From NCBI RefSeq assembly GCF_006345805.1, contig NC_043016.1, positions 28,644,001 through 28,708,000 of the forward strand: 64,000 nt of DNA, read 5' to 3'. This document shows positions 51,192 through 64,000 of this stretch, piece by piece (within the stretch, counting starts at the first letter, position 1; each line of letters begins with the position of its first letter). The notes beneath the pieces are model-generated. The model was not told the DNA's origin and searched no databases. It saw nothing but the letters and a program-made list of their open reading frames with translations. This DNA comes from Octopus sinensis. Its lineage: Eukaryota. The position numbers and the translations under genes were made by a program.

Positions 51192-51765
51192 TACTGTTAT
51201 TATTACCATCATCACCATCACCACCACATCATCATTGTTTCCATCACCATCTTTGTCATCATCATTGTCATTGTCGTTGTCATTATTCTCCATTTTTGTC
51301 ATCTTTAACTTCCTTCTACAACTATTTTTGGTTTTCTTTTTTATTGTATTTTTCTTTTAGAATTAACAAACATTATTCTACAAAACACACACACACACAC
51401 ACACACAAATACATTTGTAGGAATTAGTTCTTAGTAGATACTGATTAATAATGGGTTTAAAATCATTTTCATATTGGTATTCTTGGTTTTGACTCGATAT
51501 GAACAGAATCACTTTAGCTTCATAACTGTAACATAAACTATTGTACGCATGTACATACGTTCGTTCTTCCCCTAAACCTGGCACAAACAATCATCCTGAT
51601 TGGTAGAAAGATCGTTACATGTTAATCAGTCTGAATAATCATGTAGATTGGTTTAAAGACTAACTGTTTGTGCATTTTTTTTTTTTTTTGCATTCTTAAC
51701 TAAGGCCAAATTGCTTATGAAAACCATCATTAAATTGTATATATTTATATATATTTATATTACAG

Positions 51766-51873
51766 CTTGTCAAACAATAAAGGTTGGTGACAGAGTTCGT
51801 GTAAAGCCTTCTGTTTCCTTACCCATGTACAAATGGGGTTCTGTGACCCACAGAAGTGTGGGTGTTGTCACAG
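51766..51873 (+). CDS. HERC2: HERC2 exon (IKVGDRVRVKPSVSLPMYKWGSVTHRSVGVVT), phase 1-1
   Basis: ttacag/gtaatt; recalled IKIGDKVRVKASVTTPKYKWGSVTHQSVGVV. Confidence 0.96.
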
Positions 51874-52040
51874 GTAATTGACTACTTTTTCTTTATTGAA
51901 CAACAAACAAATGTGTTTAACAGGCATTATTTTAGACAGAAAAACATCTAGATCTATGTGTGGGTGTGTGTGCATGTATGTGTATATATGTGTGTGTCTG
52001 TATCTGTATGTATATATATATTTTTGTATGTGTGTATATA

Positions 52041-53055
52041 TTAGGTCATCCCATCAATTTTTTTTTTTAATACTATTTATTTAGTTCTTTTTTTAATCTA
52101 AAATATGCTCTCCATTTTCTACAATACTCTTCCATCTATCTGGTAGACTTGCAAGGCCCCTCTTCCAAAATTCACTTGTCCATGATTAAAAATACTACTC
52201 CAGTACTGTTCTGAACTTGTCTATAGAATTCATATTTTTTCTGTCCAAATGATTTTGAACACTGCGGAATAAGTGATAATCAGCTGGTTCAAAGGGGACT
52301 AAACCTTTCATATCCCACCAAACAGATAACAACATCATTCATGGGTGGAGGCCTTTTTAGCTTGGGGTGCTAGTGTTTCTCTTTTCCCTACACACTATCA
52401 CTTGACATTTTTAAAGAGAACCCATTTCTCATCACCAGTCACTATTCAGTCCAAAAAAGGCTCAATCATGAGATGTGGCTACAAAGAAGAGCACACATTC
52501 ACTCGCTGCACACAATTAGACTTGGAAGGTTTGTGAAGAACCCATTGATCTAATTTGCTGACTTTTCTGATGGCACACAAATGTCAATGAATGGTTGAAT
52601 GACCAAATCCAAGCTTCTCTTCCAGTTCCTCAACAGTTACTATGGGATTTTGTTCCACCAAGGTTTGCAGGATGTCCTTATCAAGCTCTACAGATCTTCC
52701 AGGATAAGGCTTGTTTTCTAGGCTGTAGTTTCCAGCTTGGAATTTCTGGAATCACTGTTGACACTGTTTTACTTTTAATGTCCGATCCCCTTATACTGCA
52801 TTAATATTTCTCACACTTTCTGTTGCGTTGTTGCCTTTATTGAACTCATAAAACAAAATATGCTCCTTTATCACTTCCATTATATCTTTGAAAAAATAAC
52901 TGTAAAATTGAACTGCATTCTTCAATACTTACACTAAGACTAAGTACAAGGTAAAATTTCTACCTGCTTTTATAACAAGTTAATGCAGGTAGTTTATTTC
53001 GTCCCTCTCCAACTTTTTATGCAATTGAAAAAAACTACATTATTTATGGGATGAC

Positions 53056-53059
<4 letters not shown>
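52041..53059 (-). mobile_element. Degenerate, internally deleted mariner element
   Basis: TIRs tt(a/g)ggtcatcccat at both ends with TA flanks; IVTGDEKW (52422-52445), WVLHKP (WVPHEL-like), LPDRWKSIVENGEH; many stops. Confidence 0.88.
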
Positions 53060-53115
<56 letters not shown>

Positions 53116-53540
53116 GCATCCATTTTTGACTGTAGTGTTCCTAGTTTTTAAATTCTTATGATGTAAAAACATACAAACACATATGTATGTAGTTTGTACT
53201 TCTATTGTATCATTGGGTCTGGACCCTCATTCTCTTTAAAAGTTTTCTGCAGTATACAAATGAATTTGATTTTGGAAATGTTTAAATTGTTGATTCAGGT
53301 TCCAGCAAAAGTAATTACATTTCATTTATTTCTTGAACAATGAATTGATGTCTAGTTTTCCTTATTTTGCTGGATTTAAAGATTATTTACCATCCACCTA
53401 GAATATCAGAAATTCATGTAAATGCTGTCCTATTTAATAAATACAACTCTTCAAAATGTTAAACCCATTGCAAAAAAAAAAAAAAATTAACCTTAATTAG
53501 AATTTTTTTTTATATATCAATTTATTATCTTTCTCTACAG

Positions 53541-53649
53541 CTATTCATGCAAATGGTCGTGATATTAGCATTGACTATCCTCAGCAGGCTCATTGGACTG
53601 GCGTTATTGAGGAAATGGAATTGGTACCTAGTACACATCCTGGTATTTT
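53541..53649 (+). CDS. HERC2: HERC2 exon (ANGRDISIDYPQQAHWTG..EMELVPSTHPGI), phase 1-2
   Basis: ctacag/gtaagt; recalled ANGKDIIVDFPQQSHWTGLLSEMELVPSIHPGV. Confidence 0.96.
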
Positions 53650-55099
53650 GTAAGTCTTAAATTTTATAAAAGATTCTTTTTTTAGTCATTTTAATTTTAA
53701 AAGTTCATTACAAAGTAGGGTGGAAGTTTAATTTTTAAAATTCATTACAAAGTCGGGTAGAAGAAGGGCAGTGCTTGGGATCCTTTCTTGGAACACCCAA
53801 AACTGATGGGCAGACTATTTGTAACAAAGTGAATTCTGTTAAAGGCTACAAGGATCTCCACAACTGTTGGCGTTATCTACCAGAGCTTCATCATCCACCC
53901 CCTACTGTGCAAAAGTGGAAGTGATTATCTTGTAGGCAAGGGATTCTGTGGGTCTCCCATCACATCCGTCTCACTATGCAACACAATTTTATCAACCATT
54001 GAATGATGCAAAACAATGGTAACTTCAGAGGGATTTGAACTAGGAATGCAGTGTGAGAACAAATATTACAAGGTATTTGTTTTATGTTTCAATGATTCTG
54101 TCAATTAGACATCTATAAAAAATGGAACTGGAGATGGGGGGTGCTACTGATTCAGGTGATGGATTAAGTCAACCATAAAAGAATGGGGCCAGTCCATTGA
54201 CAGGCTTCCACACAGTTTTCATCTACTGAATTTCACTGGTAAAGTTTGGGTCAATTTAAGGCTACATGTTGGAAGACACTTGATCAATGTGTCATGCACT
54301 GGTATTGAACCTGAAACCACAGAGTTGTGAAGCAAATTTTTAACAACACAACCAAATCAAATAAATAAATAAAACCTGATAATTTTTGTCAGTTCGTAAT
54401 AATACTTTTAATAGATTAAAGTTACTAGAATTTATATTATAGTTTAATCCCAACTCTGCTTTCCTTGAACAGACTCAGTGTTAAAGGTACTCCAGCCATG
54501 ATCATCCTATCTTTTTCCCCAGATATTTTTTACTTAGAACTATGTGCCAACATCACATAGAAAGCACCCATGCTGGTGCCACATAAAATGCACCTGTGTT
54601 GACACCATGTAAAAAGTACCGATGTTGGCGCCATGTACAAAAGCATCCAGGACACTCTATAAAGTAGTTGGTGTTAGGAAGAGCATCCAGCGATAGAAAC
54701 CATACCAAAACAAACTGGAGCTTGGTGCAGCCCTCTAACTTCCAGTTCCTGCCAAACTGTCCAATACATGCCAGCATGGAAAATAGACGTTAACTGATGA
54801 TGCTGATGATGATGATCATGACTATGCTATCCAATAAGTCTTTATTTTAAAATAGATAAAAGATGTAGTCTGAAGGAAACATGACTGCTATTTCTAGCTG
54901 CTTGAGTAGATTGGGTAGTTCTTACTAGAATTAGCTGCTTGAGAGAAGCAGCATGTCTATGAACTAAGGATTTTTGTGTTTTTCTCCAAACAGTGGAATT
55001 ATCTTTTCCTTGGATGGTAATAATCAATGAACTGTAAACATTACTTTAGTTTTAATTTAAATGCCAAGTTAAAATGTTATACCTTTCGTTGTTCTTCAG

Positions 55100-55236
55100 G
55101 TGTAATGGTTGTCAGATGAACCCTATCACTGGATCACGATTTGAATGCAGAGTTTGTAAAAAGTTTGATTTTTGTGAAAACTGCTTCAAGACAAAACGAA
55201 ACCATAAGCATCCATTCAACGGAATCCCAGAACCAG
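55100..55236 (+). CDS. HERC2: HERC2 exon, ZZ zinc finger (CNGC..CRVC..CENC..H.H), phase 2-1
   Basis: cttcag/gtatta; CxxC-CxxC-CxxC-HxH ZZ pattern. Confidence 0.96.
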
Positions 55237-56189
55237 GTATTATTATTATTTGTTTATTTTTTTGTCTGTTTTGATTCATTTGGTGGTACCATGCTGGGGT
55301 ACCCTTGTGATTAAAACCTTTTAGTATTCAGATTATTCTGTCAAATATAACGCTTATTTATTCACATAGTTTTCAATTAATTACATATTATATTGTAGCT
55401 TTGAGATTTCAATGATGTGCTTGTTTGTTTTTAGAATGACATTCTAGGGTAGGTGTAAGAGGCTGGATCTGGTCGGTTTGAGCATAAAACAGGTAGAATA
55501 TTTTGGCTGGATGTGGTTGGTTTAAATGCTAAAGGGTTAAATTAACAATCAACAACATTATGTATTTTATAAATCTGATGCATATTCTATCAGTTGCTTT
55601 TTGCTGAACAGGTAAGTTATGGGGGCATATATTTTCATTGATTTTCAAATACTGAAATACAAAGACAAAGACACATATACACATACACATTTTATATATT
55701 AATCCATCCATCCATACGTATTTATTACATACGTACATACATAAAAACAAAACATACAAATCTGCATATGCAGTCACTCCAAATACCTGCACATATACAT
55801 ACACACATGCAAAAATACCCTGCTATTGTTGGAGGCTTTGCTCTAAGTTAGAAACCAGTTCTTTCTCTATTGCCAAGTAATCTTGAAACAAAACTGAATA
55901 ATGACTGACTCACGCACACACATGCACACACACACACACATAATCAACAGCAGCTATGAGAATGAGTTTGAGGATATGATTTCAGGAAGATGGGGAGGAA
56001 ACTAGTAGCACAATGGGAAAGAAATCTGTGCAGATTCTGCTGTCATATGATTATAACAGATGAATAGTGCCAAGGGAGGAATGAAGTTTGGAAGATGAGA
56101 GTGGGGAAGGTTTGCCAGGCCAGATTATGTTCAGAGGCAGGACCAGTGAGTACCTAGAGATAAACATAATGCTTTTAGGGCTTCACTTT

Positions 56190-56495
56190 CTCTATGACAG
56201 ACGGGTCTTGTTGAATTGCAGTCATCTTGGTCCTTCAACATCTTGAAGTCAGTCTTCCCCACTGCATCTCATGTCTTCCCCCTTCTACAAGTTGCATTCA
56301 CTTTAAGCAATTGGAATTTTTGTATACAGCTATCCTCATCCATATACATCACATGACCAAACCAGTGCAGTCTCTTCTCTTGCAAATTGCATCTGATTCT
56401 TATTCTCAACTCATCTCTCAACATACTTGCACTCTGTTGCATATGCACACCAACGTTGCACATCCATCAGTGTGTAAGCTTCATCTCTTTCTAGT
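56190..56495 (-). mobile_element. RTE-clade LINE ORF 3' relic
   Basis: ORF 56269-56463: KRLHWFGHVMYMDE..RRGK resembles the RTE RRLRWFGHV motif. Confidence 0.8.
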
Positions 56496-56609
56496 GTGAG
56501 TGTGTGTAGATACATATACTCACACCAAACTCACACATACTTACCATCTTATGCTTGTTTATGAAAATATAAAACTGTCATATTTGCTATTATTTTTTGT
56601 ACGTTTCAG

Positions 56610-56797
56610 GTTGTGAACCAATTGATGTTGGAAAACCTGGAAAGCAGAAACAAGTGAATTCTGTTGGGAATGGTTCACTTATTGACAACTGGCACATGTG
56701 TGTGAAAAACCTGACTGTTTCTTCAAGAGAAAACCAGGCATCACGATTGATTGATGAAGGAAATGGTTATTGGCAAAGTGCTGGATCACAAGGAAAA
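56610..56797 (+). CDS. HERC2: HERC2 exon, DOC/APC10 domain start (KNLTVSSRENQASRLID..WQSAGSQGK), phase 1-0
   Basis: tttcag/gtacat; recalled KSLNVSSSVNQASRLID..WQSSGSQGK. Confidence 0.95.
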
Positions 56798-57208
56798 GTA
56801 CATTTCAATTTAATTTTTCTTTTTGTATATTTGAATTTAGTTTTTTCTTTTGTTTGTTTGACTTATGTCATCATTAGAGGAAATTATTCCATAAACATTG
56901 GCAGTTGTTCCAAATTTGAACAAAGAATCGGGAAGGATGGGTGGATAAGGTCATTAGGATATGAGAGTGATGCTATTTAAAGTCTCTGACTGGTTATCCA
57001 CAACAGAGTAGGAGACATTGTGCCAATACCAATCAATCAGAGTAGTGGATACAACAGGATACAAACAGTGGCCGAAGGCCAATTGGTCCCTGTTACATTC
57101 GAATGCATGTATGCATAGAGTTTACACTACATATAGCCACTCATCCTCTTGTCACAAATCAAACTCACAACTTTATATATTTTTCTTCTTTATTTTTCCA
57201 TTTCAAAG

Positions 57209-57406
57209 CACTGGATTTGCCTGGAAATGTATCAAGATATCCTTGTAAGTCGTCTACAGATGAAGGTTGAACCAACAGATTCCAGTTATATGCCATCACT
57301 TGTGGTTGTCAGTGGCGGTGATTCCGTACACACCTTGAAAGAACTTAGAACCATTAATATCAGTGTGTCTTTCACTTGGGTTACACTGCTTGAAGATATG
57401 ACGGTG
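57209..57406 (+). CDS. HERC2: HERC2 exon, DOC domain (HWICLE..DSSYMPSLVVVSGG..LLEDMTV), phase 0-0
   Basis: tcaaag/gtatgt; DSSYMPSLVVVSGG matches exactly. Confidence 0.96.
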
Positions 57407-57471
57407 GTATGTGGTTTTTCATACACACTTAATAATTGCTTTAACCCTTTATTGAACCCAGTTCAATAGCT

Positions 57472-57700
57472 TTAACCCTTTCATTACCAACCCGGCTGAA
57501 AGCGGCTCTGGCTCTGAGTACAAATGTCTTGATTTCATAAGTTTTGAATTGAAATCTTCCACCAAACCTTAGTCACAATTTATGTTCCTAACACTAGCTT
57601 AATGATAACCAAGTCATTTTACTAAATTCTTTGTTACATTCAAAATTAATTGAAAGAAACACAGAGCATCTCAAAATAAATACAGTAACGAAAGGGTTAA
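57472..57700. mobile_element. piggyBac-like MITE
   Basis: TTAA-CCCTTTC(A/G)TTAC terminal inverted repeats with TTAA at both ends. Confidence 0.75.
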
Positions 57701-59976
57701 TTTTCTATGATACAAGCAAACACACAAAAATGCTACCATTTCTCTCTCTCCCTCTCTCTCTTTCAAATATATTTTTGTTGCTACTCTGCAACTAATTCGT
57801 ATTTAAGAACCATGCCAAAACTGACCTCACTTGTGCTCATGCCTCATAAAAAGCACTCAGTCCAATCTATGGAGTGATTGGTGTTAGGAAGGACATTCAG
57901 CCATAAAAACCAAGCCAAAACAGACACAGAAGTTTGGTGCTGTCCTCTATCTGGTTGGCTCTTATCAAACTGTCCAACCCATGCCAGCATGGAAGGCAGA
58001 CATTAAATGATGATGATGATGATGATGAAGAGTTATATACAGTAAGGCAATGCTCTGGTAGAATTGTTAGTGTGCCAGACAAATGCTTTGCAGTATTTCT
58101 TCTCACTTCATATTCTGAGTTATAATTCTGCTGAGGTCAATTTTGCCTTTCATCCTTTTGCAATTGAGAAAATAAATATCAGTTGAGCACTAGGGTCAAT
58201 GTAATCAACTAACGCCCTGCCTCGAAATTTCAGGCCTTGTGCCTATAGGATTTATCTTTATGTATGTATATATTATAAATATTTGTCTGTGAATATATCC
58301 ACACATATATATGTACATGGGTGCAAGCTTGTCTGTATAGTTAATATAAGTTCATTTCCCAACCGTGTTGCCTCTCTTCTGACTGTGTTGCACAACATCT
58401 TTGGCAAATGTTTTGTGCTTTAGTCAGGAGATATCCATAACCCTGTAAGAGACAAAAAACTGCGCAACTGCATCATATAAACTACATGTGTGTATTCATG
58501 CATGTATACAAATGTGTGTGTGTCGATAGGTGTTTGTATGCGTGTGCATTTTCTGGAAACAAACAAAATCATCATCATCATCGTTTAACGTCCGTTTTTC
58601 CATGCTGGGCATGGGTTGGACGGTTCAACCGGTGTCTGGGAAGCCAGGAGGCCGTGCCAGGCTCCAGTCTGATTTGGCAATGTTTCTGCAGCTGGATGCC
58701 CTTCCTAACGCCAACCACTCCATGAGTGTAGTGAGTGCTTTTTATGTGCCTCTGGCACAGGGGCCAGAGGAGACTGGCAAACAGCCATGATCAGTTGGTG
58801 CTTTTTATGTGTCACTGACATGGACACCAGTCAGGTGGTGCTGGCATCAGCCACGTTCAGCTGATTTCAAAAATCAATAGTTTAAAAAAAAATTTATTTG
58901 CTCTAACTTCTTCCAATTAGTTAAAATTTAAAAGCAGTGAAATTTTAAGTCATTAATGTATCTATTTCAGTTAGTTGAAAAAAAAAAAAGCATCAAAATC
59001 TTTCCTGAGTCATAAGTTCAAAAGACCAACTTCAGAGTTTCTGTGCTGCATATATATTCCCCACTGGCTGGAGCACCAGTCCATCACAGGATTACTCACT
59101 TTTGCCAGTTGAGTGGACTGGAGTAACGTGAAATGAAGTGTTTTGCTAAAGAATACAACACATCACCCAGTCCAAGAACCGAAACCACAATCTTATAATC
59201 ATGATTGCAACACCCAAAGCACTAAGCCGTGCACCTCCACATTACAGTTAGTGGTAACAGGTTCCATTGTTTGCTGGATCTCAATGTTCCACAGAGCCTG
59301 TCTTTGATTTCTGGAGTTTTTCAGTAGATCAGATAAAACAAAGAACAATCTTCTCCAAAGATAAAACATTGTTGTCTTAGAGATAACTGTTCTTGTTCAG
59401 AGAATTGAAATCTGGATTGAAACAACTTCAATTTTTACAGCCAGGCACAGCTGTGTGGTTAAGAACTTTGCTTCCCAACAACAGGGTTTCATGTTCATTC
59501 CCTCTGCATGGTACCAAGTGTCTTCAACTATATTCCTGAAACAACTAAAGCCTTGTGAATGGATTTGGTTGATGGGAACAAATGAAACAAGGCCATCAAA
59601 TATGTGTCTATGTGTACGTGTGTGTATGCATACATACATGAGTGTGTTTCCTTGTCTTGATATCTCATGTTAGTTGTAGACAACTGTTAGACAAGCAATG
59701 TCTTTCTGATCTTCCAATCTTTCATATAACCCTATAAAATTTCCAATCTTCCTTAAAAACATACTCAACCATGGTGAAATATTATCTGATTTGGAAATAG
59801 GCAAAGGTTGGTGACAATAAGGACATCTAGCCATAGATAATCTGCCACAGCAAAGTCCATCTGACACATGCAAGCATGGAAAAGTAGACTTTACAATAAT
59901 GTTGTTGCTGTTGTTGTTATTGAGGAGGATAAACTACTCATTGACTTTTTCTTTTCACCTCACTTCATATTTTCAG

Positions 59977-60255
59977 TATTATAGATTCATAGAAATTGCT
60001 ATCAAGCAGTGCCGAAGTAGTGGAATTGATTGCAAAGTTCATGGCCTAACGATTGTGGGACGAAGGAAAGTTGATGAGGATGACAGTGCTGCTAACTTTG
60101 CTTTCTTAGCGTCGGATGATGAAGACGAACAAAGTAGCTCTCTGCAAGGATGTCGGAAAAAGGCAAGGTCATCAAGTTTCAGTGAGATTCAAACACATGT
60201 ATGTGTTTGGGGTTTGAATGACAAAGACCAGCTAGGAGGCCCAAAAGGGTCAAAG
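59977..60255 (+). CDS. HERC2: HERC2 exon, DOC end and RLD2 start (IEIAIKQCRSSGIDCKVHGL..VWGLNDKDQLGGPKGSK), phase 0-0
   Basis: tttcag/gtaaga; diagnostic motifs. Confidence 0.97.
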
Positions 60256-62061
60256 GTAAGAGATGATTTTTTTTTTTTTAAAGAAATAAAACATCTTATT
60301 GAAAGTTTCATGTTTGAATTATTGAAGTCTGTTACATCTTACAGGAGTTTACACTTGTTTACAGGTGTGTTGTGAAATTTATTCTGAAGCATTTGCTTTC
60401 ACACATGTAGGTGTTGTTGCTGCTACTGTTACTGCTACTGCTGCTATCACTAGTATTCCAATGATTTCATGTAAAGACAGAAACACTCACAGGGACACAT
60501 AACTGCACATGCACACACATAAATATGTGCACACATACACTTATATGCACATGTACACTTGAACACTTTCATACACACACACACACACACGAATAAACAC
60601 ATATCCACACACAAATATATACTCGTGCACATTCATGCAAACACAGGGGCATGCATGCACATACACGCAAATATGTGCTTACACACAAATACATGCATAT
60701 ACACACACTCATCAGAGCATTAGATGAAACGATTTGCCGTATGTTGTAATGACTGTTTATATTCTGTAGGTGGGATCAATAAAACAAATTATCTTTTAAG
60801 TACTAGGTCAATTTAATTGCCTAGACCCTTATTCCTAGTTTGTGGCCTTCTACACGTGTCAGAAATGAGTGGTGGTGTTAGTATGAAGCACTGAGCTGGG
60901 TACTTTGCACAAATAATGCTTTAACAGTTCAACAATTAGACTTCATCCATCCATTTTCCCCATCCACCATTCCTGAAAGGATTGTTGGAGTAGAGTCCTC
61001 AGGTACCTCCTTCACAAGTACCATCTCCATAGGGTCCTATCAGAAGTAACTATCGTTACACTTTCTGGTTAGATTCCCAACTGAAACTATCGGTATTATT
61101 CAGCCACCTCATTCTTTGTTGACTGCCTTGACTCCCACCAGTTGGCTCAGCTTGATAAATCCATCTTACAATTTTCTCCTGTGACATTATAGTCACATAT
61201 ACATAGTACTAAAACTGTGATCTCCCAATGCAGAGGAGTAGTAGATAGTGACCAAAAGGGTACAATCGCAAATACAAGCTGCCAAAAAAGGGGTTCCTTC
61301 TGTAAGTCTCTGGAGTAACATTACTCGACAGGGTGAATAGTTCAGTGGTCAGGGAGTCTCGCAGGGTTGAGCCCTACTTCTCTACACTGAGAGACTTCTT
61401 CACAAAACCAATAATGCAAAGAAAACACAACACAGTTATATTTGCTTTGCAAAGAATAAATTATTCTCATGTCAGTAACATGTAAAAAGCGCCCTTCAAA
61501 CTTGAGTGGTATGCTGTGCTTGAGAAGACCCAACAAGCAAGCAAACTTGTAGTCATGGCCAATGCCAGTGTCATGTGACTGGCATCCATGCCAGTGGCAT
61601 GTAAAAAGTACCCTTCAAATATTGGGCCTCACTGAGGTAGTGACTGAGACTTTTGGCAATATACTATGATTGAGAAGACCTGTCAATCCAAGTGAGATTG
61701 TAGTCGTAGCCGATGCCAGTGTTACATAACTGGTACCTGTGCTGGTAGTATGTAAAAAGCACCCACTACACTCTTGGAGTAGTTGGTGTTAGGAATGGTA
61801 TCCAGCTTAAGAAATCATGCCAAATCAGATTGGAACCTGATGCAGCTCCCCAACTTACCAATTTTCAATTAAATCATCCAACCCATGCCATGGGTTGGAT
61901 GATGATGATGTTATCGTTAAGAAAAGAATTATTACTTTTTTCATAACCTTGTAATATATGATGTGTCCACTGTAGTATAAGGTGTGGTTGTAGGATACGG
62001 TATGCTATTGTGATATATGCTGTGGTTGTTGTCGCAATTGTTTTTATTTTTATTTTTACAG

Positions 62062-62143
62062 ATCAAATTGCCGTATTTGAATGAAACTTTGTCAGCTTTA
62101 AAATGTGTCCAGATTGCTGGTGGATCAAAAAGTTTATTTTGTG
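62062..62143 (+). CDS. HERC2: HERC2 exon, RCC1 repeat (IKLPYLNETLSALKCVQIAGGSKSLFC), phase 0-1
   Basis: ttacag/gtgagt; recalled IKVPSFSETLSALNVVQVAGGSKSLFA. Confidence 0.96.
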
Positions 62144-63627
62144 GTGAGTTGTCTGATTTTTCCCTTAATATTAAACACAACTGGTCTCCATTACTAATCT
62201 ACTTAATCAGTCTATGTTGTACCTCTACAGCAAGAAATCTGTTCTATTTTGGCTCCTACTTCCATAATTTGACCCCCCTCATTACCAAATACTAAGCTAC
62301 TTTCCTCTCCATTCAGTCAGGGGAGGGGGATTGGTTTTGCAAGCTAAATGGTGACCACACTATTGCCAGTGTCATGAAGAAAGTATCCAGTACAGCCTGT
62401 AAAGTGGTTGCTGTTAGGAAGGATATTCAGACATGGAAACCATGCCAAAGCAAACATTTGAGATCACTGCAGTCTTTGGACCTGTTTGATTCTGTCAGAT
62501 TATCCAACCTAGACAATCATAGAACACAACTTATTAAATGATCATGGTGATGATGATGATGATAATGTACATTATTGGTTTACAATTTCATTTTGAAGAA
62601 GTTATGCATTTTTCTTATGACTAAGGATCTTGTACATGGTCACTGAATATGCTAGAAATAGCAGACAAATCTTCAATTCTCCACCTCAGTCTTATAAGAA
62701 AGGGATACCTATAATGTAGTCCAAGATACACTATGTTTGAAAAACAGACTAGATGACCATGAGAAGAATGTCTCTGATCATTGACCTACTGGAATCAGAG
62801 TTAAATCAGTTTTTGTAAGAACTATAATAACATCAATGAAGGCCTTCAGTTGAAAATAATTTAGCAAGCTGGATAATTTATCAGTGATTTCATCTGTACG
62901 GAAAGTTTATCTTCATGCTTGTTTGATTGGTCAACAACAACAGCATCTTCTATCTTGTAGAAACTGTATAACTGTATCATCATCATCATCATTTAATGTC
63001 CACTTTCCATGCTAGCATGGGTTGGATGATTTGACTGAGGTCTGGCAAACCAGATGGCTGCATCAGGCTCCAATCTGATCTGGCAGAGTTTCTACAGCTG
63101 GAGGCCCTTCCTAATGCTAACCACTCCAAGAGTGTAGTGGGTGCTTTTGCGTGCCACCAACATGAGGGCCAGTCAGGTGGTACTGGCAACGGCCATGCTC
63201 AAATGGTGCTGTTTATGTGCCACCTGCACATGAGCCAGTCCAGTGGCACTGGCAACGACTTCGCTCAAATGTCTTTTCATGTATCACCAGCACAGGTGCC
63301 AGCAAGGCAACGCAGGTAACAATCACGCTTGAATGGTGCTTTTTACGTGCCACCGGCACGGAAGCCAGTTAGCTGCTCTGGCAACAATCACGATCAGATG
63401 GTACTCTTAGCGCTCCACTAGCACAGATGCCATCATCGAATTTGATTTCGACTTCGATATTTTTGCGATATTCTGCTGGTTTCATGAAGGTGGGTTCTGC
63501 TCACAGCTGTATTAAAAGAGGCTTCAGGTTGAGAACAGTCTATAGATTTAAAATAAATTTTCTATTATCTTTGTTTTTCTTTGTTTTTTTTTTTTGCTTC
63601 AAATATTTTCTTAACATCCAATTTCAG

Positions 63628-63771
63628 TTACCCAAGAAGGAAAGGTCTATGTGTGTGGTGAAGCTACCAATGGGCGGCTTGGATTAGGAGTCACATGTGG
63701 CAGTGTTCCTACCCCAACTCTTGTAGGGGCACTCAGCCAATATGTCATAAAAAAGGTTGCTGTTCATTCAG
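63628..63771 (+). CDS. HERC2: HERC2 exon, RCC1 repeat ([27 protein letters not shown]), phase 1-1
   Basis: tttcag/gtacta; recalled [27 protein letters not shown]. Confidence 0.97.
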
Positions 63772-63958
63772 GTACTATTATGCTTGCAGCTTTTATAACT
63801 TTTTATTTCTCTCTCTCTCTCTCTCTTTCACATTTCTTTTTCTCTCTTTTCTCTTTCTTTGTCTCTTTTTTTTTACACTGATAGCATCAATGACATATGA
63901 ACAACACATACACTTTTACACAGCATTTATACATGGGCACACACATGCACTCTCTTGC

Positions 63959-63989
<31 letters not shown>

Positions 63990-64000
63990 TACACACACAC

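Larger units (their letters stand above)
1290..63771 (+). other. HERC2: HERC2 (giant HECT/RLD E3 ubiquitin ligase) gene, internal portion: 27 exons, partial at both ends
   Basis: Exon translations match recalled human HERC2 collinearly ([84 protein letters not shown]). All introns are GT-AG; phases chain except for a 1-nt deficit in exon 28723-28908. Confidence 0.97.

Overview
AT-rich, microsatellite- and SINE-dense eukaryotic DNA. The repeat landscape suggests an octopus/coleoid cephalopod (inference). The whole window lies inside one large + strand gene, the giant HECT E3 ligase HERC2. I resolved 27 internal GT-AG exons (1290-63771, about 1,640 codons) whose splice phases chain consistently. 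They encode the MIB/HERC2, UBA-like, CPH, ZZ zinc-finger and DOC domains and the start of the second RCC1-like domain; start and stop lie outside the window. Homology calls rest on my recollection of human HERC2 and TE consensus motifs, not a database search. One exon (28723-28908) has an apparent 1-nt deletion. Introns hold tRNA-derived SINEs, RTE/CR1/R4-like LINE relics, two Tc1/mariner relics (one interrupted by a probable solo LTR) and MITEs. Most notable: (1) a ~476-bp fold-back element of two tRNA-headed arms, each with a hammerhead-ribozyme core; (2) ZZ-domain ligand-binding acidic residues replaced by codons that A-to-I editing would convert back to acidic; (3) two pre-miRNA-like hairpins in the 14.9-kb intron; (4) direct and inverted repeats bracketing the MIB/HERC2 exons.
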